Notes under the pieces: model-generated
What the model saw: only the letters and a program-made list of their open reading frames with translations
What the model was told of the DNA's origin: nothing
Database searches by the model: none
Made by a program: the position numbers and the translations under genes
Shown here: positions 8,358 to 18,704 of the stretch, in pieces
How the letters are laid out: every line of letters begins with the position of its first letter
Position numbering within the stretch: the first letter of the stretch is position 1
Assembly (NCBI GenBank): GCA_016931695.1
Contig: JAFGEI010000159.1
Span: forward strand, 18,608 to 82,607
Reading direction: 5' to 3'
DNA from: Anaerolineae bacterium
GTDB taxonomy: Bacteria; Chloroflexota; Anaerolineae; B4-G1; DUEL01
Length of the DNA: 64,000 nucleotides

Positions 8358-9854
8358 TTACTCTTCCCATCCGGCAGTTTTCAAGGCCAGCATTGCCCCT
8401 AACAGGGCATGGCCCTGTTCCAGCCCAAACGCTTCGTCGACGAGCAGGCGGGTCACCGTCCCCTTTTGCTCAAAGCCGGGCAGGCTGGCGACCACGCGCT
8501 CAAAGTCGGCAACTTGATTGGCGGCATAGTCCATGTACCCGCCTTTGCTCGCCCCCAGGTCCCAGGCGACGTCAATCGACGGGCCTCTCTTGCCCTTTGG
8601 CGCTGCCAGCACGACCAGGTTGAAGCGGTGGGATTGAATCCCGGCCTCGCCAAACTGGTGCTCGCGGGTCTGGAACTTGAGGTAGATGCGGCCGGGGCGC
8701 ATGCACTGGACGATGCCCCCGGCCTGGCCCCAACCGTCGACCAGCAGTGCGTAAAGCTGTTGCACGTGGGGCTCGCACACCAGCAGGGTCTCGTGGATGT
8801 TTGCTCGCGTCTTGGGGCCCACCTGGGACTCGAGCTGGGGCAGGCTCGGGCCCCAGACCGGGGGAGGCTCTGGCTCGGGCTCCCGCGCTTTTTTGGCCAG
8901 ATTGTCCAGGGCGTGCACGAGCTTGCGCGCGCTCTCGCGGGTAAACGTTTCCGTGACCTCAATGTGGACTGTGCTCTCGGTGATCTTGAGCGGACCGATC
9001 CGGGAGACTGCTGCCTGGAAACGGTCGACATCTTTGTCGGAGAACATGCCCCGCTTTCGCAGCCCCTCCCAGCCAAGGACGATGATCTGCCGCCCCTTGC
9101 CGCTCCCCGGGCGCATGCCGCCCAGGCTGTAAGAGGTGGAACCCACTGCGATCCTGAGCCCAACGCCGCTCGTCCCGGCCTCGACGATATGCCCTGCTTT
9201 CTGCCAGCGCTCCATCAGGTAGCTCAGGATTTCTCGCCCGTGCTTGTCGCAGGCGCTCAGCACGGCGATAATGACCCGGGCATCTTGCGGCGTTACCTGG
9301 ATGTTGGGCAGCTTGGACAGGGGAAGTGGCGCCCGTCGCAGAAATGCCATCAAGGCCGTCTGCAACCATTCGTCATAATGATCGGCTACCATCATGACGG
9401 AGCGGATTGCGTCGTCCACTTCCACGTCGTCTAGGCCCCGGATGGGGCGGACCAGGCTGACGTGAACGCTGCCTTCGTAGATGGACAGGCGGGCAGCCAT
9501 CGTGTCGAGGTGGTTGAGCTCTAGTAGCAGCCGGTAAAAGTTGTGGATTCCTGGCGTGTTGGGTGGGGGCATCTTGAGGATAGGGGCAGAGACGACGAGG
9601 TAGTGGACCCCCGGTTGCCACTCGACCAGGCCGGCAACGCCGATGACCGAGCCTAGAAAGATGTGCCGCCAGCCGCCGCGGCTGGTCAGTTCTGCCGGGT
9701 CCATGCCGTAGCTGCGGAGCACGTCGTCGATGAGGGCGTACGCGACGTCGGGGGTCATTTTGGCTGCTTTCTTTTGCCAGGGCAAGTGTCTGGCTGTGTC
9801 AAGCGTCCGTATCCGTCCGTTGCCGCCATTTCCGCCATTCCCGTCGTTTGCCAT
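8358..9854 (-). CDS. hypothetical protein; YbjN-like N-terminal domain plus an internally duplicated uncharacterised domain
   Basis: The N-terminal ~170 aa resemble the YbjN/T3SS-chaperone-like fold family (weak call, by eye). Two ~120-aa segments share a W..AG..V...G..L...VL....I.V.W pattern. Confidence 0.45.
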   Translation of the reverse strand: MANDGNGGNGGNGRIRTLDTARHLPWQKKAAKMTPDVAYALIDDVLRSYGMDPAELTSRGGWRHIFLGSVIGVAGLVEWQPGVHYLVVSAPILKMPPPNTPGIHNFYRLLLELNHLDTMAARLSIYEGSVHVSLVRPIRGLDDVEVDDAIRSVMMVADHYDEWLQTALMAFLRRAPLPLSKLPNIQVTPQDARVIIAVLSACDKHGREILSYLMERWQKAGHIVEAGTSGVGLRIAVGSTSYSLGGMRPGSGKGRQIIVLGWEGLRKRGMFSDKDVDRFQAAVSRIGPLKITESTVHIEVTETFTRESARKLVHALDNLAKKAREPEPEPPPVWGPSLPQLESQVGPKTRANIHETLLVCEPHVQQLYALLVDGWGQAGGIVQCMRPGRIYLKFQTREHQFGEAGIQSHRFNLVVLAAPKGKRGPSIDVAWDLGASKGGYMDYAANQVADFERVVASLPGFEQKGTVTRLLVDEAFGLEQGHALLGAMLALKTAGWEE

Positions 9855-10096
9855 ATCATCCTCCTGTTCTATTTAGGGCTGGGTTGATGGTACACCAAAC
9901 CGGCTGAGGAGGCAAATTGGCTGAGTGGAGCGCGAATGGCAGGGGCGCTTTCTGACCCGTCCCGGGCTTGTCACGGGAAGCATCCCTACAGGGCGTTTGC
10001 TTTGAAATCCCAAACTGGCGCTCCACTAGCAGTACAGACAGATTTGAGTATAATTTGCTTGTAATTTCGCTTAATGGCCGCAAGGAGAAACAAGAA

Positions 10097-11302
10097 ATGG
10101 ATGAAAAAAGAGCTTGGATCTGGGTTTGTTTGGCCGTGGCGACGCTGTTCCTGACCGGGCTGGCCTGCGGACGGCAGGATGCTGGTCCGACGGCGACGCC
10201 GATCGTCTATGTCGCCACGCCGACGCCGGGCGGGGCAGGCGCGCCGCCGACGCTGGCCCCTACCACGCCGCCCGAGCCGACGTCGACCTCGGTGCCCGGC
10301 AGCTGTACCACCGCCATGCAGTTTGTCGCCGACGTCAGTATACCGGACGGAACGACCGTCGCGGCCGGGGAGACGTTCGTCAAGACCTGGCGGGTGCGCA
10401 ACAGCGGCACCTGTGACTGGAGCGGCTACCACCTGGTCTTTGATCACGGCGAGCCGATGGGTACGCTGGAACTTGTGATCCCCGACATGCCGGCCGGCGA
10501 AGAGTTCGATCTATCGATCGAGATGACGTCTCCGGGCGGGGCGGGCCACTACCGCGGCTACTGGCGCGTCGAGTCGGCTGAAGGAGCCAACCTGGGCGCG
10601 CTCTACTGCGACATTGTCGTGGCGGGTGCCGAAGGGCCGACCGAGGAGCCGACCGAAGAGGTGACCGAGGAGCCGAGCGAGGAACCGACGGAAGAACCGA
10701 CCGTGGTTGCCCCCCCTGCTAACCTGCGCCTGGAAACGTGGGGCCTGGACAGCATGACCTTTGCCTGGGACGATGCTGCCGGGGAGACGGGCTATATCTT
10801 GATGATGGGGGCGGAAAGTGCCAGCTTGCCCGCTGACACGACCTCCTACATGTGGGAGAATCCCCCCTGCGGCACGTCGGTGAACGTTACCCTCATTGCC
10901 CGGGCCGGCTCGGCCGAGATCGGACGGTTGGATTTGTTTGGCGTCAGCACTCCCCCCTGTGTGCTGCCCAACCTGGTTGTCGTCGAGGCCTACTTCCAGC
11001 CCGAAGAGGTGGAAGCGGGCCAGGTCTTTGTGGCGCGCTTTACGGTCAGCAACAACAGCCCGACCGCCACCGGCCCGTTCAGTATCGGGTGGACGTTCCA
11101 CGCCAATCTGGGCCTGGAACCATGTACCTGGCGCCACGACGGCCTGGCTCCTGGCGAGCAGGCCCAGGGCAGCTGCGAGCGCAGGACGAACGCACCGCCC
11201 GGTGGGTACCGCACCGATTTGAGGATCGACGTCAATGAGGAGGTGGGTGAGAGCGACGAGACCGACAACGCGATCAACCTGCCGCTTCGGGTTGTCGAAT
11301 AG
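10097..11302 (+). CDS. secreted (lipo)protein with NBR1/FW-like Ig domain, acidic PTEE linker, FN3-like and CARDB-like domains
   Basis: ATG 10097 follows AAGGAGA. Signal peptide MDEKRAWIWVCLAVATLFLTGLACG. FVKTWRVRNSGTCDWSGYHLVF is typical of NBR1-like domains. EEPTEEVTEEPSEEPTEEPT linker. The C-terminal ESDETDNAINL resembles CARDB ends. Confidence 0.6.
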   Translation: MDEKRAWIWVCLAVATLFLTGLACGRQDAGPTATPIVYVATPTPGGAGAPPTLAPTTPPEPTSTSVPGSCTTAMQFVADVSIPDGTTVAAGETFVKTWRVRNSGTCDWSGYHLVFDHGEPMGTLELVIPDMPAGEEFDLSIEMTSPGGAGHYRGYWRVESAEGANLGALYCDIVVAGAEGPTEEPTEEVTEEPSEEPTEEPTVVAPPANLRLETWGLDSMTFAWDDAAGETGYILMMGAESASLPADTTSYMWENPPCGTSVNVTLIARAGSAEIGRLDLFGVSTPPCVLPNLVVVEAYFQPEEVEAGQVFVARFTVSNNSPTATGPFSIGWTFHANLGLEPCTWRHDGLAPGEQAQGSCERRTNAPPGGYRTDLRIDVNEEVGESDETDNAINLPLRVVE

Positions 11303-11395
11303 CGGCTTGTTGAGACCGGGCGATTTCAGAATGCAAACAGCTTGAGCAGGCCGTCGCCGTCCTCAAAGCGCAGTGGGTGGCCCTGAGCGGCGCAA

Positions 11396-12280
11396 TCAAC
11401 TGCCGCGCGGCCCGACCAGCCCGGCCCCCACGGCCAGCCCCTGCATCTCGCGCGTGATCTCCTGGCGGCGGGCATCCTGCACTGCCATCGTCATTTCTTC
11501 GACCAGGCGCTCGGTGTTTTTCGTCGCTCCGTCCATGATCTGGTAGCGCGTGGACTGCTCGGCTGCGGCCGAGTCGAGCAGCAGGCCGTAGAGGCCCGTC
11601 GCGGCCCACTGCTCGACGATCCGTGCATAGATGCGCAGCGGGTCGGTTTCGATGATCGGCGGCGGCCAGGCTGCACCGGTCGCCGGCGCGGCTTCCAGGC
11701 GAGGGGGGATCAGGCGGGTTACCTGCGGCGCATAGCGGCCTGGGCCTTGATAGTGGTTGTGGATGATGTCGACCGCGTCCACCTCGTGGGCCTCGTACTG
11801 CATCAGCCAGCGGCGGGCCAGTTCAAAAGCCAACTGCAGCGGGGGGAGGGAGGTGGTGGGGAGCGGCGCGCTCCAGGCCGGCGGATGCCCGTCCCGGCGC
11901 AACAGGCGCGCCGCGCGGCTGCCCAAGGCCGCCAGCTCCAGCGGCCCGGCAGCGGGCTGGCTGACCAGGTAGCCCATTGCATATTCGACGACGGCCTCGT
12001 TGAAGCGGCCGCAGAGACCGCGCTCGCTGCCCACTACCATAATCACGCGCTGCGCCGGCGGGCGCGCCCGGCGCGGCCGCTGCGCTGCGCCCTGTGCCTG
12101 CAGGGTGGGCAGCAGCGGCGGCAGCATGCCGAGTAGCCGATCGCTGTAACGGCGCAGGTTGCTGGCCTGGCGCAGCGCAGCCTGCCAGCTGCCCAGCGAA
12201 ATCGTGCGCAGCGCACCGAGGATCGGTTCTACAGCACGGATATTGTCCAGGCGTTCCCGCACGCGCTCCAGGTCTTCCAC
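11396..12280 (-). CDS. atpG: N-type ATP synthase gamma subunit
   Basis: Last gene of the atpDCQRBEFAG array. N-terminal L..V..RL.NIR....I..A.R.IS helix and C-terminal ITREMQGL helix are typical of gamma. The GTG start overlaps the upstream TAG by 1 nt. Confidence 0.8.
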   Translation of the reverse strand: MEDLERVRERLDNIRAVEPILGALRTISLGSWQAALRQASNLRRYSDRLLGMLPPLLPTLQAQGAAQRPRRARPPAQRVIMVVGSERGLCGRFNEAVVEYAMGYLVSQPAAGPLELAALGSRAARLLRRDGHPPAWSAPLPTTSLPPLQLAFELARRWLMQYEAHEVDAVDIIHNHYQGPGRYAPQVTRLIPPRLEAAPATGAAWPPPIIETDPLRIYARIVEQWAATGLYGLLLDSAAAEQSTRYQIMDGATKNTERLVEEMTMAVQDARRQEITREMQGLAVGAGLVGPRGS

Positions 12281-12612
12281 TAATATACCTCCGCGCGCTC
12301 CAGCGGCCAGACAAAGACCACCGCGCTACCTAGCTGTTCCTTTCTCGACACGTTGTGTGACAGGGGTAAGGGAAACGCCTCGCTCTCTCCTGTGCTTGCC
12401 TCGACGCGAATGTGCGTATGGCAGTTTTGGCGGATGATCCCCAACACCTGGTCCACGTCTCGCTTCTTGGTGGCGATAAAGAGCGTATATTGGGCCTGGC
12501 GCAGCATGCCGCCGCGGCTCTCGGTAAACGTCGCCGTAAAGCCAGCGGTAACCAGGGCGTCCAGGACGCCATCGGCTTCGTCTCGCGAGATGACTGCCAT
12601 CACCATTTTCAT
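12280..12612 (-). CDS. PII-like signal-transduction protein of the DarA/PstA (DUF970, cyclic-di-AMP receptor) family
   Basis: MKMVMAVISRDEADGVLDALVTAGFTATFTESRGGMLRQAQYTLFIATKK...GSAVVFVWPLERAEVY parallels, from memory, B. subtilis DarA ([50 protein letters not shown]...GGATVFVLPVDEF). Its ATG overlaps the atpA stop (ATGA at 12609-12612). Confidence 0.75.
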   Translation of the reverse strand: MKMVMAVISRDEADGVLDALVTAGFTATFTESRGGMLRQAQYTLFIATKKRDVDQVLGIIRQNCHTHIRVEASTGESEAFPLPLSHNVSRKEQLGSAVVFVWPLERAEVY

Positions 12613-14300
12613 GGTTCCTTGCTCCTTTTGTTCCCGTTGCGGCGGTGCCATTGCTGGTGAAAGTCGGCGATGGCCGCCAGCAGTGACGTGTGCAGTTCGT
12701 CGGACATTTCGCACGTGCGGTCGAGTTGGTAGCAAAATGCGAGGTGGTTGCGCTCGAGGAAGGTGTACAACTCTTGCTCGTAGCGCGGCACGTCCGCCAC
12801 GTCCACGTCGTCGAGAAAGCCTTGTGTTGCCGACAGCAGCACGGCGATCTGCTGGTCCAGCGAAAGCGGCTGGTGAGCGGGCTGGCCGAGCGCGGCCTGC
12901 AGGCGCTGCCCGCGCCGGATTTGGTGCCGGGTTGCTTCGTCAACGTCCGCGCCAAAGCGGGCAAAAGCGGCAACTTCCTCGTATTGCGCCATCTCCAGGC
13001 GCAGCGGGCCTGACACGGCGCGCATGGCGTGTGTCTGCGCTGCGCCGCCGACCCGCGAGACCGAGCGGCCGACGTTGACCGCCGGTTTGATCCCCCGGTT
13101 GAAAAGCGCGCTGTCGAGCACGATCTGGCCGTCGGTGATCGAGATCAGGTTGGTGGGGATGTAGGCCGACACGTTGCCGCGCTGCGTTTCGATGATCGGC
13201 AGCGCGGTCAGCGAGCCCCCGCCAGACGCCTCGTTTAGCTTGCATGCCCGCTCCAGCAGCCGGGCGTGCAGGTAAAAGATGTCGCCAGGATAGGCCTCGC
13301 GCCCCGGCGTCCGGCGTAGCAGGAGGCTCAACTCGCGGTAGGCGTCAGCGTGCTTGGTCAGATCGTCATAGACGATCATCACGTCCCGCCCCTCCCGGGT
13401 CAGAAACTCGGCCATCGTGCAGCCGGCGTAGGGCGCCAGGTAGCGCAGCGCAGGCGGGTCGTTGGGACTGGCCATCACGACGATCGTGTGTGCCAGCGCC
13501 TCGTTGCGGCGCAGCGTTTCGATCACGGCGAGGACGGTCGATTTTTTCTGGCCGACGGCGACATAGACACATGCGACCCCGCTGTCACGCTGGCTGAGAA
13601 TGGCGTCGACAGCCATCGTCGTCTTGCCGCTCTGCCGGTCGCCGAGGATCAGCTCGCGCTGCCCGCGGCCAATCGGCACCAGCGCATCAATCACCTTGGA
13701 GCCGGTGTGCAGCGGTTCGTTGACCGGTGTACGACTGACGATGCCCGGTGCTTCTTGCTCCAGGTAGTCAAATGCAGCCGCCTCGACTGACCCGCGGTTG
13801 TCCAGGGGCCTGCCCAGCGGGTTGACCACCCGTCCCAGCAGCAGGTGGCCTACCGGCACTTGCAGGCGCTCCCCGGTGGCTACCACCAGGTCGCCGCCCT
13901 GGATGCCCTCCTCGCTGTCGAGCAAGATCACGTCGACCTGGGTGTGGTCGAGGTTGAGCACCATTCCCTGGGCGCCGGTGGGGAAAGTGACCAGCTCCTC
14001 GGTGCGCGCGCGGGGCAGGCCGGAGAGCGTCGCGACCCCCTCGCCGATGTGCTGCACCGTACCGACGTCGAGAAGGCGCACGCCTGGTTCGATCTGCTGC
14101 ACCTGGCGGCGCAGCTCGTCCGACAGGTAGTTGATGGTGAAGCGGGCGCGATGTAGACCGGGGAGCGCGGCGATGGTGCGGCTGAGGTGGCGAACCAGGT
14201 CGGCCGCCGGGAGGCGGCCCTGGCGGTCGATGCCCTCTGTCTGCTCGTGCAGCTCGCGCAGCAGCAGGGCGACGTCGGGTCGCCGGGAGCGTTCAGGCAT
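12609..14300 (-). CDS. atpA: N-type ATP synthase alpha subunit
   Basis: Walker A GDRQSGKTTMAVD and alpha-type C-terminal domain. About 60-aa N-terminal extension relative to typical alpha. The start overlaps the atpF stop by 8 nt. Confidence 0.9.
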   Translation of the reverse strand: MPERSRRPDVALLLRELHEQTEGIDRQGRLPAADLVRHLSRTIAALPGLHRARFTINYLSDELRRQVQQIEPGVRLLDVGTVQHIGEGVATLSGLPRARTEELVTFPTGAQGMVLNLDHTQVDVILLDSEEGIQGGDLVVATGERLQVPVGHLLLGRVVNPLGRPLDNRGSVEAAAFDYLEQEAPGIVSRTPVNEPLHTGSKVIDALVPIGRGQRELILGDRQSGKTTMAVDAILSQRDSGVACVYVAVGQKKSTVLAVIETLRRNEALAHTIVVMASPNDPPALRYLAPYAGCTMAEFLTREGRDVMIVYDDLTKHADAYRELSLLLRRTPGREAYPGDIFYLHARLLERACKLNEASGGGSLTALPIIETQRGNVSAYIPTNLISITDGQIVLDSALFNRGIKPAVNVGRSVSRVGGAAQTHAMRAVSGPLRLEMAQYEEVAAFARFGADVDEATRHQIRRGQRLQAALGQPAHQPLSLDQQIAVLLSATQGFLDDVDVADVPRYEQELYTFLERNHLAFCYQLDRTCEMSDELHTSLLAAIADFHQQWHRRNGNKRSKEP

Positions 14301-15075
14301 TGGCTATCCGTTCCTTGAGTGCCTGGAGCACGCTCTCGCGCAGCTCGGCCATTCGCCCGCCGATCGAGTTGTCGACGAGCATGTCGCCCAGGCGGACGCG
14401 GGCCCCGGCCACCAGCTTGGGATCGATCTCGAGCTCCAGGTTTACGTGATGATCGGCCAGCGCGGTAAAAGTCCGCGCCAGCTGGCCTTGCTGCTCCGGC
14501 GAGAGGGGGAGCACGGTGGTCACGTAGGCTATCGGGGTTCGCTCGCCCATCGAGCGGCGGAACGCCTCCACGCGCTGGATCTCGCCGCGCCCCAGCTCCC
14601 AGATTCTCTCGTTGATCTGCTCGATCAGCGCCTTGTGCAGGTCGGGGGGGACGGTGCGCGTCACCAGTTGCCCGCTGATTTCCAGTATGGCATCCAATAA
14701 CACCTGGTAAAAGCTGTCCATTTCCTGTTGTTGCAGGCGGATGGCATCGCTGTGGGCCTCGACCAGGACGCGCTCGGCCTCGGCGCGGGCGGCCTGCAAA
14801 AGATCGGCGTGCTCCAGATCCGCGTTTTTGTACGCCTGGGCCAGGATCGCATTTACTTCCTGGTCCAGGTTGGACAGGCGCGCTTCCAGCTCCTCGCGCA
14901 TGCGGATGGCCTCCAGGCGCTCTTGCTCGACCTCTTGCATGATCCGCTCCTTCTCTGCCGCCCGTTCTTGTACCTTTTTCATGACCGGACGGAAGAGGAG
15001 GTAGTACAGCAGAATGCTCAGGACGATGAAATTAAAGAGCTCGAAGAGAATTGTGGCGGCATCCAAATCCAGCAT
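14293..15075 (-). CDS. atpF: N-type ATP synthase b subunit with delta/OSCP-like C-terminal domain
   Basis: N-terminal TM helix FNFIVLSILLYYLLF followed by a long charged coiled coil. The C-terminal ~90 aa (DPKLVAGARVRLGDMLVDNSIGGRMAEL) look like the delta C-terminal domain. No separate atpH gene is present. Confidence 0.75.
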   Translation of the reverse strand: MLDLDAATILFELFNFIVLSILLYYLLFRPVMKKVQERAAEKERIMQEVEQERLEAIRMREELEARLSNLDQEVNAILAQAYKNADLEHADLLQAARAEAERVLVEAHSDAIRLQQQEMDSFYQVLLDAILEISGQLVTRTVPPDLHKALIEQINERIWELGRGEIQRVEAFRRSMGERTPIAYVTTVLPLSPEQQGQLARTFTALADHHVNLELEIDPKLVAGARVRLGDMLVDNSIGGRMAELRESVLQALKERIANA

Positions 15076-15084
15076 CGCTGACCC

Positions 15085-15357
15085 CTAGAAGAAACGGTCG
15101 AGCAGCGGGTTGGCAAAGATGAGGATCAGGATAATCAGCAGCACGTAAATTGCCGTCGATTCGAGCAGGGCCATGGCAATCAGCAGCGTCGTGCGCAGGT
15201 TGCCGGCGACCTCGGGCTGGCGTGTCATGCCCTCCAGCGCCCGCACCACTGCCCGTCCCTCGGCCAGGGCCGGGGTAATCGTTCCCACGACAATGCTGAC
15301 GCCAGCGACGAGGATGGTTACGATGGTGACCAAAGTGCCTGGGTCCATTTCTGTCAT
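15085..15357 (-). CDS. atpE: N-type ATP synthase c subunit (ion-binding E33 / E66-S67-T68 / Y71)
   Basis: 90-aa two-helix hairpin with an RQPE loop. Helix 2 LLESTAIYVLL matches the Ilyobacter Na+-site pattern ESTxIY. The start is taken at MTEMDPG (15357); the longer track ORF runs into the palindromic element. Confidence 0.85.
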   Translation of the reverse strand: MTEMDPGTLVTIVTILVAGVSIVVGTITPALAEGRAVVRALEGMTRQPEVAGNLRTTLLIAMALLESTAIYVLLIILILIFANPLLDRFF

Positions 15358-15390
15358 TCTGTTAACTCCCTTCTGGTATGTTCGATTTTT

Positions 15391-15543
15391 GTAACTGCTC
15401 AGCCGGTCGCCCCTGGACGCCCTCCCGAGCCCGGAAAGGGGAAGGATGTGGGTGTCACGGGCGGCAAAGCCGCCCGTGACACCCACATTTTCCCTCCTTC
15501 TCCAGCGCGGCAGGGCATCCGGGCAGGCGGCCTGAGCAGTTAC
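15391..15543. mobile_element. 153-bp palindromic MITE-like element flanked by 8-bp direct repeats (CGATTTTT)
   Basis: The 12-nt ends GTAACTGCTCAG / CTGAGCAGTTAC are perfect inverted repeats. The central 20-bp stem ATGTGGGTGTCACGGGCGGC-AAA-GCCGCCCGTGACACCCACAT (15446-15488) is also perfect, and the arms between are ~65% complementary. CGATTTTT occurs directly at 15383-15390 and 15544-15551. Removing the element and one repeat leaves a ~40-nt atpB-atpE spacer. Confidence 0.5.
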
Positions 15544-15558
15544 CGATTTTTAGCAACT

Positions 15559-16230
15559 TTACTGTTCGTCCCGTTCAACCGCCTTGATGGCAGCGGCGAT
15601 ATATACCGCGGCGAGCGCGGTGAAAATATAGGCTTGCAGGAGGCCGGTGAACATGCTAAAGCCGACCAGCGGCAACGGCACCAGGAGCGGTACCAGGGCA
15701 AAGATGACCGCGACAATCATCTCTGTGCTGATGATATTGCCAAAAAGGCGCAAGGTGAGTGACAGGGTACGACTCAGCTGGCCAATGATCTCTAGGGGCA
15801 GAACATAGATTGGCGAGGCCAGCTCTTTCAGATAGCCGCGCAGCCCGTACGAGCGGATGCCGAAATAGTGAACGGAGAAAAAGACGGCCAGGGCCAAGGC
15901 CAGCGGCGTGTTGATGTCACGCGTCGGTGAGACGAGAAAGGGGATGACGCCGACGAGGTTGGCCGCGGCAATAAAGATGGCCATGGCGCCGAGAAAGGGC
16001 AGGTAGGTGGCAGCGGGACGGTTCATCACGCTGGAGACGAGATCGTTCAGGAAATCAGCCAGCATCTCGAGCGCCATTGGCCGCCGGCGGCCAACGATCG
16101 CTGCTACGACGACGATCAGCGCCATCATCGCCCACGTCGAGACGACCGTGTCCCGCACCGGGATGCCGAAAAGGGTAAAGGCTACTTGTGGGAAAATGTC
16201 GTCCACGAGAACTCTCCTGAACCGAACCAT
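15559..16230 (-). CDS. atpB: N-type ATP synthase a subunit
   Basis: Polytopic membrane protein with the a-subunit signature LSLTLRLFGNIISTEM (conserved stator Arg). The start is estimated at MVRFRR (16230); the upstream part of the 301-aa ORF is Pro/Arg/Gly-rich and overlaps atpR. Confidence 0.75.
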   Translation of the reverse strand: MVRFRRVLVDDIFPQVAFTLFGIPVRDTVVSTWAMMALIVVVAAIVGRRRPMALEMLADFLNDLVSSVMNRPAATYLPFLGAMAIFIAAANLVGVIPFLVSPTRDINTPLALALAVFFSVHYFGIRSYGLRGYLKELASPIYVLPLEIIGQLSRTLSLTLRLFGNIISTEMIVAVIFALVPLLVPLPLVGFSMFTGLLQAYIFTALAAVYIAAAIKAVERDEQ

Positions 16231-16472
16231 GCGACGCCAAGCGAACGGGCCAGCCACAGGCCCAGGAAGGCGGACAGCCCCGGCAGGATGCCGCGCTGCA
16301 GCGCCAGGCTCAGCACCAGGGCGGCCAGTCCCCAGCGCAGCACGGCTCCGCCCCACACTAGGGCCCTGGCGCGCCAGTGGCCTGTCTGCGGGTCCAGCCG
16401 CCGGACAGTCCAGGCCAGGTGCAGCAGGTTGGCCGCGCCAGCGGCCAGTCCTACCCATAGCCATACGATCAC
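16182..16472 (-). CDS. atpR: N-ATPase AtpR subunit (small membrane protein)
   Basis: 96-aa protein with 2-3 TM helices in the position diagnostic of N-ATPase operons (between atpQ and atpB). 4-nt overlap with atpQ. Confidence 0.6.
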   Translation of the reverse strand: MIVWLWVGLAAGAANLLHLAWTVRRLDPQTGHWRARALVWGGAVLRWGLAALVLSLALQRGILPGLSAFLGLWLARSLGVAWFGSGEFSWTTFSHK

Positions 16473-16733
16473 TGCAGCTCGTCTTCCTCCTCTTTCTTTG
16501 CCTCCGTCAGCGCCTGGTCTCGCTGCGCGACGCGGTGAATAAAGCGGCCAATGTTGTAAAAGCCGATGCCGATGCCGCCCATCAGCAGCCCAATGGTGAA
16601 AATGTACCGCGTCCCGAGCCAGCGGTCAACGTAGTAGCCCAGCAGCACGCCGCCAAAGATGGGCAGGGCCAGGTCCCAGCCGAGCGACATGGCCGACAGC
16701 CCTTCGCGTAGCAAAAAGCCCCACGTGTTGGTC

Positions 16734-16753
<20 letters not shown>
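16469..16753 (-). CDS. atpQ: AtpQ / AtpI(AtpZ)-like small membrane subunit
   Basis: LGWDLALPIFGGVLLGYYVDRWLGT...GLLMGGIGIGFYN is the typical two-helix AtpZ/AtpI-family pattern. Lies between atpC and atpR. Confidence 0.7.
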
Positions 16754-18531
<1,778 letters not shown>

Positions 18532-18576
18532 TCATCGCTCAGTCCATTGCCCCTGGATGAGCAGCGATCTTGACCG

Positions 18577-18640
18577 GTAACTGCTCAGGCAAGTCGCCTG
18601 GATGCCGCCCTCAATGTTGGAGGGGGGGAAAATTGTCGCC
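18577..18640 (+). repeat. partial copy of the GTAACTGCTCAGG-type repeat
   Basis: GTAACTGCTCAGGCAAGTCGCCTGGATGCCGCCCTC...GGAGGGGGGGAAAATTGTCGCC aligns with one arm of the 15391-15543 element (GTAACTGCTCAGGCCGCCTGCCCGGATGCCCTGCC...GGAGAAGGAGGGAAAATGTGGGTG). Confidence 0.35.
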
Positions 18641-18704
18641 TTGATCGTATAACAGAAAGCCCGTCAGCGTTTCACATCTGGCGAGCGATTTTTGTCCTGC
18701 TGCC

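Noticed and set aside
10026-10054. Promoter candidate CTAGCA-17-TATAAT upstream of the secreted protein gene at 10097.
   Set aside because: The -10 is perfect, but the -35 matches only 3 of 6 positions. It is left unannotated as too weak without transcript data.
15448-15762. ORF 15448..15762(+) and the N-terminus of 15085..15486(-), both beginning MGVTGG.AARDTHI.
   Set aside because: These mirror-image peptides are an artefact of translating the two arms of the palindromic element, not real genes.
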